Shown here: positions 12,501 through 24,504 of the stretch, one piece after another
Numbering within the stretch: the stretch's first letter is position 1
Layout of the letters: each line of letters opens with the position of its first letter
Source of the DNA: Lingula anatina
Taxonomy: Eukaryota > Animalia > Brachiopoda
Direction of reading: 5' to 3'
Assembly: GCA_051362555.1 (NCBI GenBank)
Contig: CM120640.1
Location: 16,244,001 to 16,308,000, forward strand
DNA length: 64,000 bases
Notes under the pieces: generated by a model
Told to the model about the DNA's origin: nothing
What the model saw: the letters and a program-made list of their open reading frames with translations, nothing else
Databases searched by the model: none
Made by a program: the position numbers and the translations under genes

Positions 12501-13309
12501 GGTGGAACCGACTCTGCCAGCAAACGTTCAGAAATCTTCTACCAAAGTATGTAAGCTGGAATGGCAATTAATGCATGGAATGTAGTTGATGGGTTGATGT
12601 CATTTTGTTTTGCTTGTTTCCATTATAACCAGGCCATAGAATACCAGTTTTTGAAATAAGCAATAATCACTTTGACTACCTTTTTTTTTCCTTGGGAAAT
12701 TTGCCTCGATAAAAACTTTATGATTTTGTCCTACAGTTATCATTTAGACACCAAATTCTCTAAAGAATTAAGGTATTACATAAGATTAAAGGATTTATTT
12801 ATTTTTTATTTTATTATTTCAGGATGGAGGAAACTCGTGGCAAGGGCATGGGTCATCAACATGCTAGTGAATTGGAGAGTGTTCTAGGAGCATACAAGGT
12901 AAATTCAACTATTGCTCTTTAATCTTTCAACTCCTTGTGACAAAGAACAATTTGTTTTGCACATTTAAGATTCACTTTCGATATATTAATGAATTCTTTC
13001 TTATTTATAACCAGCAATAATCTCCATCCTGATATATCCCTAAATGCTGTTAGGTCTACCCAACATTTCACAGATTCAAGCCTTTATTATTATTATTATT
13101 ATTTTGTTTTCTCTCCTCAGTTGTCTGGTTTTCCCCTCTGTATGCCTTTCACAGAGATCCAGAACATAGTGGAAAGTGTTCATGCTACAGGAGTCTGGGA
13201 CAACAACAATGAGGGAGTGGAGTTTGCTCTGGCTGTCCACATCCACGCCTACCCCAACTCTGTTCTGGCAGTGTGGGTGTATGTGGCTTCATTGCTAAGG
13301 ACTAGATAG
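222..13309 (+). CDS. CC2D2A: Coiled-coil and C2 domain-containing protein 2A (MKS6/JBTS9 orthologue), 3' portion; 5' exons lie upstream of the window
   Basis: Hand-spliced GT-AG exons in continuous frame: 222-369, 605-743, 1040-1243, 1407-1499, 1624-1715, 1978-2139, 2474-2519, 2805-2914, 3397-3493, 3789-3887, 5626-5817, 6718-6918, 7111-7200, 7428-7524, 7909-8060, 11632-11754, 12383-12546, 12823-12898, 13121-13309 (TAG). Peptides match recalled CC2D2A motifs: [57 protein letters not shown] (C2), [59 protein letters not shown]-terminal [35 protein letters not shown]. Confidence 0.96.
3929..4041. mobile_element. Short non-autonomous DNA transposon (MITE), 7-bp TSD, possibly P-element-like
   Basis: TIRs CAGGGATGAGATT (3929) and the reverse complement CAGAGATGAGACT (ends 4041). 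Flanked on both sides by TTTTAAA (3922-3928, 4042-4048). Confidence 0.65.
4422..4442 (+). CDS. CC2D2A: Candidate alternative 21-nt microexon of CC2D2A (EPHPNNK)
   Basis: tgcatgtttcacag|GAACCACACCCTAATAATAAG|gtaatg. Phase 0-0, matching the flanking exons (3887 and 5626). TGCATG at 4356, 4385 and 4408. Confidence 0.55.
4880..5052. mobile_element. MITE with 17-bp TIRs and 6-bp TSD
   Basis: CTGGGGTAGCGCTAGCA ... TGCTAGCACTACCCCAG (16/17 match). Direct repeat ACTGTC at 4874-4879 and 5053-5058. Internal TTTGGC/GCCAAA subterminal motifs. Confidence 0.8.
5139..5165. repeat. (TATG)n microsatellite
   Basis: gtatgtatgtatgtatgtatgtatgta. Confidence 0.85.
5576..5622. repeat. (ATT)n microsatellite abutting a CC2D2A splice acceptor
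   Basis: About 15 ATT units running directly into cag|ATTGAT at 5626. Confidence 0.95.
6069..6248 (+). CDS. CC2D2A: Candidate alternative 180-nt cassette exon of CC2D2A (60 aa, charged/Pro-rich)
   Basis: Pyrimidine tract tttccattcctgtctcaacctcacacag, then 60 open codons [60 protein letters not shown], then gtatgg. Phase 0-0, in frame between exons ending 5817 and starting 6718. Purine-rich, exon-like composition within an AT-rich intron. Confidence 0.55.
8081..8152. repeat. (AG)n microsatellite
   Basis: Perfect AG run of 36 units, 20 nt after the donor at 8060. Confidence 0.97.
8575..8915. repeat. Degenerate ~60-bp minisatellite
   Basis: Core TTTAATCAG(C/T)TTCTAATTTAAGA.GTTCTTGACAG recurs at about 8581, 8711, 8771, 8832 and 8905. 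Confidence 0.7.
9483..9561. repeat. Poly(T) run fused to (GT)n
   Basis: About 42 T followed by about 18 GT units. Confidence 0.95.
10120..11392. repeat. Old diverged tandem duplication inside a CC2D2A intron
   Basis: 10121-10220 resembles 10608-10708 (cttggtaca.tgggg...cctgt.atttggt). 10323-10591 resembles 11090-11390 (ttataatctgtggaaaata..., agttacaagaggcaa, gtgggactacaa, ctgtaagatgaga, cccctcaataca, gttccaactaaaaca). Confidence 0.8.
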
Positions 13310-14558
13310 CAAACTGGATGCAGACACGAGCTTTTTCCACGTTTTTTAATTTATGGTTCCTGAGATTCATCAAGGTTAGGTGTTGGGTCCCATGATATAT
13401 GTTCAGAGTTTTTTTTTTTAACTTGGGCTCATGCCTGATTATGGACCCTGTTAACCTTGGGTCGTTGTCATAACACATGGATTTCATTGTGGCTCACCAT
13501 ACAGGAAAGATGGGGCTGTCCTCTTTGAGGATAGCTTCCTGCGCTTAGGGGCATTTAAACTTTAACACAAGGAGTAATTTATACACATTATTTTTTGACA
13601 TTTAAGATAATTGTTTGACTTTTTTTCATTTTCCACTGGTACTTTTGCATTGAGCTTTGTTTTCAATGGGTACTTCAGTATTGAACTTTTTCTTTTTCAT
13701 GTGGCACTTATGCACTTTTTTCAGCTGGTACAGTAAAAATTGAATATGTAAAATTGGGTTGTTATTTTGGACATGATACTTAGTAATTTCTTTTTGGGAC
13801 GATAGCGTTAAATACAGGCATTATATCATTATAGCATTATATCATCAACAGGTGGCCAAGATGTATTGTATATCTAATTTTATTTCAAGAAAATATGTCC
13901 TGTAACATCTGTACACCTGTTCCACCAGTGATTCATACACATTGTTTAGATGGAATCACAATTTTGTCCACAAAGAAAACACTTGATTTCATTAATACCA
14001 GTAATTGTCCACAGTTTAGAAATGATTTAAATGGATTGATAAGTGTGGGGCCTCAGATGTTGAAACCACTAACTACTTGGCGTAAAGATAACAACAGTTC
14101 ATTGATGGGTAAGGGTCATCGTATGATAAACCACCAACTTCCTGGTGAACGGATTATCAGTCCATTGATAACTATACCCCTCAGTTGTTCAAACCACCGA
14201 CTTTTCATCAGCCATAATTTATATGTCCCCTGACCTTGGTCGTGTGGAGTAATTTGTGTCTGCTGTGGTCATCGGGTCAAGTATGTGACCTTGGTCCATA
14301 GAGAAGACCTCTTCTTGCCCAACCATGTCTCCCTGGATTTTTTTTGTCCTGTTCTCTATAATTATGGTCTGAAGCTTTTAATGAGTATCTCTAACATGAA
14401 GGCCAAGCGATGGCGATCTTGTTAAGAGCTAACTCCGACTTCTGTTTGTAATATCGTACGAGTCTGGGACACGATATTTGATTTATTGCTGCAACATTTT
14501 ATGTTGTGTTGAAGAATAGCTATATGTATATATCAAAATAAGGAATGTACGTTTTGTA

Positions 14559-14564
14559 AATAAA
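14559..14564 (+). terminator. Likely polyadenylation signal of CC2D2A
   Basis: AATAAA about 1.25 kb after the stop codon, followed by a T-rich tract, near where CpG-poor sequence gives way to CpG-rich sequence. Confidence 0.45.
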
Positions 14565-16445
14565 ACTGACTTATAAATGAATTGCATTTAACTTCAACTT
14601 TTCTTTTAAATTTGGAAACTTTTAACAGGTAAATTCACAGATATGTAACCTTTATTTACCATAATTACTGATATAAGAAATAAAGAATGTCAAGCATGTT
14701 TGGATAAGAGATTCACGTATGAAAAAAATATGAGGATTATATCCCTAATCTTTGTGTCTTCTTATCAGTTTTTGTTATCAGCGTCGCATACCTTTACACC
14801 CACTGCTGTCTTTGAAAATATTCGGAAGACACCACGCGTACAGAAACTTTGCAGGAATTCCGTATGTCAAAACCGGAACGACATTAGATCAACGGCTTAA
14901 ATAATACAGACGTCTGCGGTCACTACACGTTTTTTAAGTAGATAACTTTATATAGGGCCGCGCGATATGGGGTTACGCACGGTAATCACTCGCCTGAAGG
15001 AGAAACTCGAGTAATGTACTAAACTTTGGAATGGTGTGTCGTTTAGCTTGGTGCACTTATAAACCTTTGCACAAAAATTCATGCCTTAGCACTTTTATTT
15101 ACGTTACAAAATAGGAGCAGATACAGTACGTGCATATAAAGAAACGTAAATAGGAGTGTTAACACAAAATTTCATGCAATTTTATACGAATGTTATATAA
15201 TTTCAAATAAACGCACTCGTAAGCCGTTGCTCTTTTTAGCTGTCAATAACACTTATTCCGTTTTGGAAAAACTGCATAAACGTCCGGTCCCGTAGACTAA
15301 TAAAGAAATCTATGAAAGAGGAAGGCTAAAATAATGTCAGTTGTGACTTTTTGATACTGTGTTATTCTCAGGCTTTTCCTTTTATATTTCGTAAAAATTA
15401 GTCATAATTTAGTAGAGGTGTTCAAATTGTAATAAGCTGCTCTATCCTTAACGAGAACAAACCTGCACCAAATCAGGCCTGTATTACATAATAGCCCAAC
15501 GAACACAATACCTTTTCATAAGGAAGCAGACCAAGAGAGAGAGATCCAAAAGTCTTTTTAAAAATCCCCCGTGAAACGGATACCTCTCCGGTGGCCTAAC
15601 GTGGAGCGACAAGACCCTTGTTTCTAGTGCAACCATGTTTAACTATTGCTTAATAGTACAAGCTCTCTTTTTGACGCTTGTTTTACATAAACAACGCGAA
15701 TATTGGAACATGCAACGCTGTGGTTACGCTGAGACCACAAAGTTACCAAATTAAACGGTCCCAGGACTTAAACGGCGTTGCGGTAGTCCGGTGGGTTGGG
15801 AAAAATACGGAGATGATACAAATCGAAATTGTCTTGAATTGGTAGAGTATAATTGGGGAAAAATGTGAGAATTGTGAACCGGTCACCGAGTGCAGATGAA
15901 AACTATCCCGCAGACGATGTCAAGCTCTGCCAACATTTTGGTTAAATCAATTTGTGGGGGCCCTGTGTCAAAACAATCTTTAAAAGATGGTGACACTTAC
16001 TTAAGGGGAGTTAAATTTACTTATTGGATTCAGCTAATTAAGGATGTAACACTGGCGGTTAACCAGCAACTAGAAATAACGAACTAAAGTTTCTTTCTCT
16101 CAGCTTGTCGTGTCTGTTAAATCCAACTTAATGTCGTCGCGGGTGAAATATATTCACAGACTTAATAGGAGATCAGAGGCGAAATATCCTTAGTGGAAAC
16201 GGTTACTTATTTAACATGCACATATCACTGTATAAGGGACTGACACTCTGTGAAGAGATTTTTGCGGTACTAGTAATAGTGATTTTCCTCTGCACGGCCC
16301 ATATTTGTGTACTTTGGATTTGATTACTCAGACAAACAAACAGCTTCCTTATTCCTCGGTCATGTCGTCGGTCCAGAAATAGGTTTGTCAAGTGTCTCAT
16401 CATTTTGTTTGATAAACACCTTCCATGTTATATTCAACTAACTGC

Positions 16446-16476
<31 letters not shown>

Positions 16477-19400
16477 CCCGTGGTTAGCAAACGCAAACTA
16501 GTACGTTTACCACTTCAATGGCCGTATCTATAGGGAAAGATTTTATCTAGCTATCATAAAACGTGAGAAAATGGTGAGTAAAAGGGGGTGCGTACCCGCT
16601 GGGAAGAGTTGCAGTTAATTTGTCACGCCGTTAAAAAATTAAGATATATTTCCATTTTAATGGTTTTTATTGGAGCATGACGTGTTCTTCAACAGGTGTG
16701 TTTAACGTGTCGGAGACGTATCGGCGTCGGGCCACCACGTTATTCATATCCATTCTTAAGCTGACTGGGTCCAATAAACACAATATTAATGGACATATAT
16801 GTCAAAACACATGACTCAAAAACAACAAATAGTCGTTAACTGATTGCTTTTGATGAAAAAACGTATTGTGTTAACAGAAAAATTTCTTCACATCTACCTA
16901 ACCACAGGCAATCTGCATGTACACGTAGTACATGGGACATTTTTTCTCCCCTTACTTTGTGAACAACTTCAGTCTCTTATCACTATAACTTGTTCAACAG
17001 ATCCTAATGGACATACTTAACATCCGTAATTTTAGCGACTACAGGAAAAGTCAACTTTCTTGTCCTGGATTTTAAAAATCGGATTGTTTGCGTTTCACGA
17101 GCGTGCGTCTTGGAATTGACGTGTATACGTGTCCTGCTTCAGGTTTTTATGTAATGATGCCACTCAGAAATGTTGCGCCATTTTTTTTGACGGATGAATA
17201 AGTCAACGCTTAACATGTGATTTGTATTGACTAGATATGGATATGCCAGAATACAAGCAAAGAAGGGAAACCCCTGTTCCAATATATATATATATATATA
17301 TAGCCTGAAATGCAAAGCCTTTATAATTTGTGATATCATAGATAAAATGTAAATAAAAAGAGCCAATCATGATAACTTGAGCGGTTTGTGTTGCGTTGCT
17401 TGAGAGTTGTTATGGCTCTATTAACAATAAAAGGTAAATACACCACATGCAGCATAGCTCATATGGGGAAACCCCTTCGTGACGTATACCTGACAATGAA
17501 TTGACTGGATACTACTCCATATAATTTAAAGTAAGCTTTGTCGGATGATTAATCTAAAATGTGTAAAATATTTGAACCGCGTCCACAATAGCCTATGTGC
17601 AGAAATCGGCCAGTTACTTTTACTTAAACTCGCCTGGCGAACACCACCATAATGATAACATTAGATCTTAGTTTCTAAGTCGAAGCTCAAACATTCACTG
17701 AGTTCATACATGAAAGAACGTCATGTTTAATGTTTATTGAACGCTCCAGAGTAAGCTTCACCAGTCACCTTTTCTCCCTCCTCCTTCGCTCCATCCCACT
17801 CCTCTATATCGGACTTCTCGAGTTCTCGGGTAATGAAGCTGTTCATTTAGTACTGAAAAGAGTACATCAACAAAAAAAAAATGAAGATTATAGCATTGTC
17901 GTATTTGAAGATACCAAAGTCAGGTACCTGGGCTCAGCACCCAAGGGACTGGATTTTGATTGGTAGAGAAAACGTCCTTTGAATCCGGGCATTTATCAAG
18001 CTTAGAAATATAGGTAAGGAAGATCGTCTGCTGAGCTTGCGTGTAAATGCAAAAGACTAATGAATCCATTAATCCTAGGAGATAAGGTTAATTAATCTCA
18101 TTTAATGCTAAATATATTAGCGCAAATATCAGGAAGTGAACAAACACCAACATATTGGACGCTGGTTTTGCCTGTTTGGCTATGTAAAAAGTCAAATTGT
18201 CGTAAAGACTGACCACAACTTCGATTTATCTTAGTCCGAGTATGCAAAGGAACCACATGTACTACACTGTTTTAACCAGAAAAACGAGACCCACGTCAGT
18301 TATGCGTGATTTTAACTCTATATATAGCTTACGTTATGTTTTGGTCATGGATTTAATACATTACAAGGTGCGCCGAGTGGTGTTACACTTTAAATGATTA
18401 CGCCTAGTTGCGACAATGTTTTGCGACTTTCAGAAGGAAATAGTGGTTAGATTTCCAAATAAAAATTCACTTTTTCACACCTCACATAAATACTTTCAAA
18501 TTTCTAGTATACATTTACAATTAAGAACTCCCATGCTTTCCGGTAGGGCCCGTCTTGCCGCTTGCGCCACTTTTTGAGAAAATCGATTATTCATCGATGA
18601 AAGGCAATATAAGGCAATTCAATATAAGAACATTGTTTCGTTTTTACAATAAAATCTGACGTTGGAATAAAGTTCCTTGAATATTTCAACCAATCCAAAA
18701 TGTACAGTAATCTAGATCATATCGTAAATTATTTTTAGATCAAGGATTTTGACAAAAATAACATCATGTCGATAGGCAGTTCCGACTACTAGGTAAATCA
18801 GCATTTATCTATCAATTAAGTATTGAACAAAGTAACTAGCTCAAATGATAGACAAGTACGTGTGCTAGTACAATACGCTGACGTAAACCCTAATACTTAA
18901 CCTACTACTGGAATGACTGTTTATAGGCCTACTTCCTTTTCACCATTGCAATTTAGTCGCCTGTATTCATGAGATTCTACAATGTCTTTATTTTATTTCC
19001 TCTTTCCTAGGCCCTGGTTCTATGTTTCTTGTTTTATTTCACCATTTTCGTAAGGTCATGGTAGGGTCTATATGTTACCCTTCTTCTGATCATTTTAATG
19101 TATAACACCCTTATTGCCTAAGAAATGAATAACATTAAATAAACGCAGTAGGTCTAAAAACCAGGAAAAATACGATTCGTAATATTATAACTCCAGTTGT
19201 CGATTGTCTCGAATAAATCCTGACATCCCGAATTTTTCTTTGGTAAATTAACTGAAACACACACGGACATTGCCCAAGTCGAATCTTTGCCTAACATATT
19301 TTCCGGTCCCAAAGTGTGAGGCATGGTAAGATCAGTATAATGCGATTACATGACAACATCAATACAGAGAATTGCCGATATGGGCGGTGATAACGCTACC

Positions 19401-22400
19401 AGTTCGATATAGATTTGAACTCGAGAGCTTCGTTTTTCTTTTAGGTCACGAAGTCGGTCCACGTTGGCCACCTACAAAACTGTAGCATGAGATAAACGCT
19501 GCTTAGGTCGTGATTATGATAGCGATTAAGATAAAAACTCGAGAAGGACGTTTATATTTGGCGTCACGAAGTCAATTCGCGTGGGTCATCTTTGAAAAAG
19601 ATACATGTGGAATAAGATACTCGAAGTAGTGCTTTGTTTGCCCTATGTTCGTGTTTGTGTGACTTGTAGTTGCGGGACGGGGGGCGGGGACGGGGGTGGA
19701 GATGGACCAATGCAGAGGACGTTCATGTGCACGTTGTCATAACGAAAGTAGGGTATTATAAAGTTTGACAATTAAGAAAAGATAAGGGTTTTAAAATGCC
19801 AGCACAATCAAATATCACGTTTCGTGGCAAACTTGAATCTGAAAACCTGAACATGATATTTTAGGAATGCATATTCAGATATGATGTCTGAATGTCTTGT
19901 CATTGCAAAAGAAATGTCCAAAACGTAATTAAAATTTTCAATGATTTGCGTGTAAACTACAATATAAATTACATAAGCCTATATCTAAGGACACTTTGTG
20001 GACAACTTCTAACTTAATAATGTTTAAGAATAATTCCTTAAAATGCACATATTTGACACAGAGGAGGCTTATCTTTTGAAAACGCTCAATTCCTGGTATT
20101 TTAGAGGAGGACAGACTTAACGCCCCTTTTTTCTTCCCCTTGACACCAAACGTCATCACCGCTTGCACTAGACCATCATATATATATATATATGGTGCTT
20201 TGATTGAACGAAAAAATAATCTTCAATATAAAATATTTGTTGGAATCTTGAACTAGTTAATGACATCGATCGACATACCATACTGATTTTAACTACTACA
20301 TGCATCGATTTTAAATTCATACTGTAACATGAGCCTACCCTGACATTTATGAGAATTACTTCCCTCGCACTGGCTTTACAAACCAGAAATAACGAATGAA
20401 TGAACGTACGCAACAATGCCCAATCTATTGTTCAGGGTTGACTTAAGACGTTCTTAACAATTTGAACAATCACAAGGAAGTGTTTGCAGTGCGCAGACCT
20501 CGTGACGTACAGAACCGGAAAAACGCACGCATACAAAAAATGCGATTAAAATTACGTATCAATAACATAATCAAATCTTTATCAGCCATATGGTCAAATC
20601 ATAAAACTGAAGTGCACATTCAGCAGGAAGGTGTTATGTTTTCAGCAAATAGTATCAGATATTTGTATAGCGGTCATTTGTGATTGGTTCAGACATCGCT
20701 GTCGTGTGCGCGGACGTAACAGGTGGGACGCTGACAATCCTCGTTACTTTATCTCTTTTATTAGATGGGGGATTTTCGAAACATTTAAGCACATAATTCA
20801 CATTTGATTTGCAATTAAAGACCACGGACGAATACAGATATTATGTATCCAGATTGATTGTTTCAAGGTGTCCAACCGTGTCCGTTTTTGCAACGACGTC
20901 ATAATTAATTTGGCAAAAGACCTGAAGAGGACAGCAGACGCGATCAAGATAGACCTTCCAAAGCGTTAATTTCTTCTCTGAGTTTTTTTTTTCTTTTCTT
21001 TTTTATCCGCGCTGTCGACAATAAATGTTTATTAGCAATGGTGCATGGAATCGGAGGTCGTCACCTCTAAGATTAGATTACTTGTAATAGAAACTCCACA
21101 AGTCGGTGAGATCTGTAGGCAATATTGCAGTACACAAGCACGAAGGTGGTGTATTTCGCTTAATCCACGGCAGATGCCGCAAACAAAAGACCCAAATGAT
21201 GCAAGTCACATTCATGCGTAACGTGCGCGTATGCCAGAATCACTATCTCCGGATTTTTTTTGTTCGCGACATCCGCCGTGGTATAACACTTGTTATAACA
21301 TGTTGTCAAGTCATTATACCGTCAATTTTTTAACAATATTTCACAGCTCATTTTCACACCATAACGTCAGAATCTCGCTTTGTTACGTCACAGGACCTAT
21401 TCGGCGCAGTATTGTGGTGTATCTTTTAATAAAACTTAAAAATTTCCCGCTAAGACGGGGTTGTCGCCTAGAGCGGCTACAGGCTAGAAATTGACATTTG
21501 CTGAAAAGAATGAAACAGATCGTCGTTCCTGTTTAGTTAGTCTGCATATGTACATCATTCTACATTAACGGAATCAGATTTTTCGCAAATTCTGTCAGAC
21601 ACTCTCTCGAACTATTTTGTCAAAAGAAAAAGTTTCAAAAGAAAAATGACGGATATCCTTTCCAAAAGGTAAGGATAGACTGCCGGCCCTGCTTCTTATT
21701 GCCCTGTATTCGTCAATGGTTATGTCTGCAGTTTTAGTTTTCATATCTCAGCAGAAATATTTATATCACTCTTTACTTAATTTCATGGCAATATTTAATG
21801 AATAAAAAGAAAAAAATGAAAGCTCTTTACAAAGTTACTTTTCATGGTTTTTATATATTCCTGATTGCTTACGTTTCTCCTCCACTGCGCTTTTCCAACA
21901 ATTTTCCAAGTACTATATTAAATGGGAAAATAGTAGAAAGTAAAACTTGTCATTTTAGCTGTACATAATAATGAGTATTTCAGCTTGAGGCCGAGACCCA
22001 AGATACCAAAAAAATTAACACCGCTATCATGTTACGGAAAGGGGAATCCCCTAGCTGTATAACCCTTTTAACACGGCAGAGGTAAATTACACTTTAAAGG
22101 TGCCCAGGCACTTGACAAGCCGCTGCTATGATAACTAAATAAGTGGGTCATCTATTTTTGGTACCTCAGCTCTGACATAACAACCAGGAAATAAGGACGG
22201 ACTCCCCCGCATGAAATGTTCAGGTGTGAAAACAGGCACTTGATTGGATCAAAACAACGCCCCCCTTAACTACCACCAACACACACAAACAGAGACGAAT
22301 ACACGTGTATCAAATCGGATTTGAACTTTGAACGACGTTTTAATTAAATTTAACTGAAACGTTGGTTAATTATTTCCTAAAAAATATTACAAATCTGTCA

Positions 22401-23795
22401 TTCAATTTGAAATAATACAACAGATGTTAATACACAAAGTTTTGTAACTTATTAAAAGTGAGCCAGTTCCTTACTTAAATACAGGAATTATATAATATAT
22501 ATTGTATAATACTTGCTTAAATAGACGTCAAGAAAACTTGAATTAAACATTAAATAAAGAACAACACACAAAAAAGGGAACTTTTCGTCGAAAAGCATAT
22601 CTTGTAATCAACAGTATATGCCTCTGAACATTTTTATCCCTTGAAAAGAAAACGATCATGCTACATGTCAAAAACTAAATGAAAAAAACTGCTAAAAATT
22701 AGAAGCGACATAGAGCAAAAGTGTGAAATAGCTCTATATACACGCCTTTTGACTCATTTGTTCGATCAATTTAGATGGTCGAATTTGAATTCAGACTCTG
22801 ATATCATTGTGTTTACATTAGAAAACTTTTCCAGGCTGTTAAGTTTATCTTAAATTGAGAGTCAATGTGAAAGTGTGCCGAATTTGGGATACTGGTAATT
22901 CAGATAATCTCTGTATATAACTCTCTACATTTATGTATGTCCTATCCCATAAGAAACATCAAAGTGCTATCATTTTCGAAGATGACGAATTGCAGGGTCG
23001 TTGGGGGTTAGAAGGGTGCAGGGAGTCAGTCTCTGCGCAACGGCAGGACGCACTCATTCCTGGCAACGATGCAACTCAACTTCATTGTTCACACAGGTTA
23101 GGCGCACATTCTGAGCGACTTGCTTGACTTTATTGCCGACACGTGTCTGTGTTTTTGTACAACTCGCACTGTAGTAGCCTCGGTAGTAGAATCAAACCAA
23201 GTGTCTAGTCACCTCTTCCCACATTAAAAGCATAAAACAATCCCCATATTACTCGTGTCTTGCATCTCACCACACATTAAACGACTGACTGGGCTCGAGG
23301 CGGCGCCATTCAGCCGAATGCTCAGAGCAAATTTGGACTCCTCGCAAACGCAAGTAAGGATACACTTAGCTACCACAAAGACCGGGGAGAGTGGTGCAAC
23401 TTTCACTGACTCACCTTGGACTTCCAACATTATGAATCTGGCACACCCCATTACACATTATAAGGTAGCGGCGGAAGTATGGTCCCGTTATTTACTTATG
23501 CATCTTTTATAGGAATAACATATCAATTCACGTTACATCAGTATGCTAGACAAAGGTGCTGCAAGTACATTTAGCTTGCACGTGTGCGGAATTTTGCGGA
23601 CTAAGAAAGATATTATTACAATAAAAGACCGCCGACTATATACCGCCAAGGTGATTGTTGTTGAGTTAGATAAAACAAATGATTATTGTCACGCCATATG
23701 AATAACCTGTTGAATCAAGTCATCTTGGCAAATTAGGAATGGTATTTAGAAAAAGGATATAAAATCACAAAATCATTTAGGTTAAAGTTTTATAA

Positions 23796-24504
23796 TTTAT
23801 TTTAGTTAACAAACAGCGATACAACAAACTCATTCGTATGCTTAACAAACCATGATGGATTCATAATTAAGATCAGACACTTCGAAGTAATTTTTACCGC
23901 TTGTCTTCAATATCAATAATAAATTATCAATACAGCTGCTTTCTTTTCTGTCTTGAATAATTACGTTAAACATTAAAAACTTGAATAAATAACAGTCATT
24001 TCATCTACCATCAGAAAATATCAGAATTTACATGTTTCAAACATTAAAACGATCTTGATTAAATAACTAAAAATACTGACATCAGCAAATATTAAAATTT
24101 GCATGATTTTTATATTACATCTATCTTTGAAACGTTTCAGAGATATACATTTATCAACATGCGCTAAAACACACACAACTTACTCACCATTATGGTGTAC
24201 GTTAAATGTACGTTACACGTAGTTTGTCTCAATAAATAAGTTAAAGCCTAACAACAGCAATACCGAGGACGGATGAAGCTATACAGATGAAAATAAGTTA
24301 ATATCTAATACAAAAAATTATAACAGGAATGTTCCCCTAACATCACCCCTCCTATCACAGATAACGACTACATTTCAGAAATAAAGATCTGAATAACGCG
24401 AAATATATACAGTTGGTGGAATGTTAACTTTATATATTAAAAAATAATATATAATATTGGTATCACAGTCTTGTTAATATATACAGGAGTGTCCGTTGAG
24501 CCTG
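23796..24504 (-). promoter_or_regulatory. IL-17 3' UTR with AU-rich elements and poly(A) signal
   Basis: UUAUUUAUU nonamers (AATAAATAA on + at 23984-23992 and 24231-24239). AATAAA on the - strand at 23801..23796. Confidence 0.6.

Noticed and set aside
13895-14233. 112-aa ATG ORF after the CC2D2A stop codon
   Set aside because: It lies in the probable 3' UTR, with no recognisable domain or own promoter; it is compatible with chance.
15585-15620. A-box-like GGTGGCCTAACGTGG suggesting a tRNA or SINE head
   Set aside because: No B-box, cloverleaf or tail follows.
22933-23512. Several 64-85 aa ORFs in a GC-richer patch, checked as a possible second IL-17 or pseudogene
   Set aside because: No IL-17 motifs (RSLCPW, VGCTC) or coherent splice structure were found on either strand.
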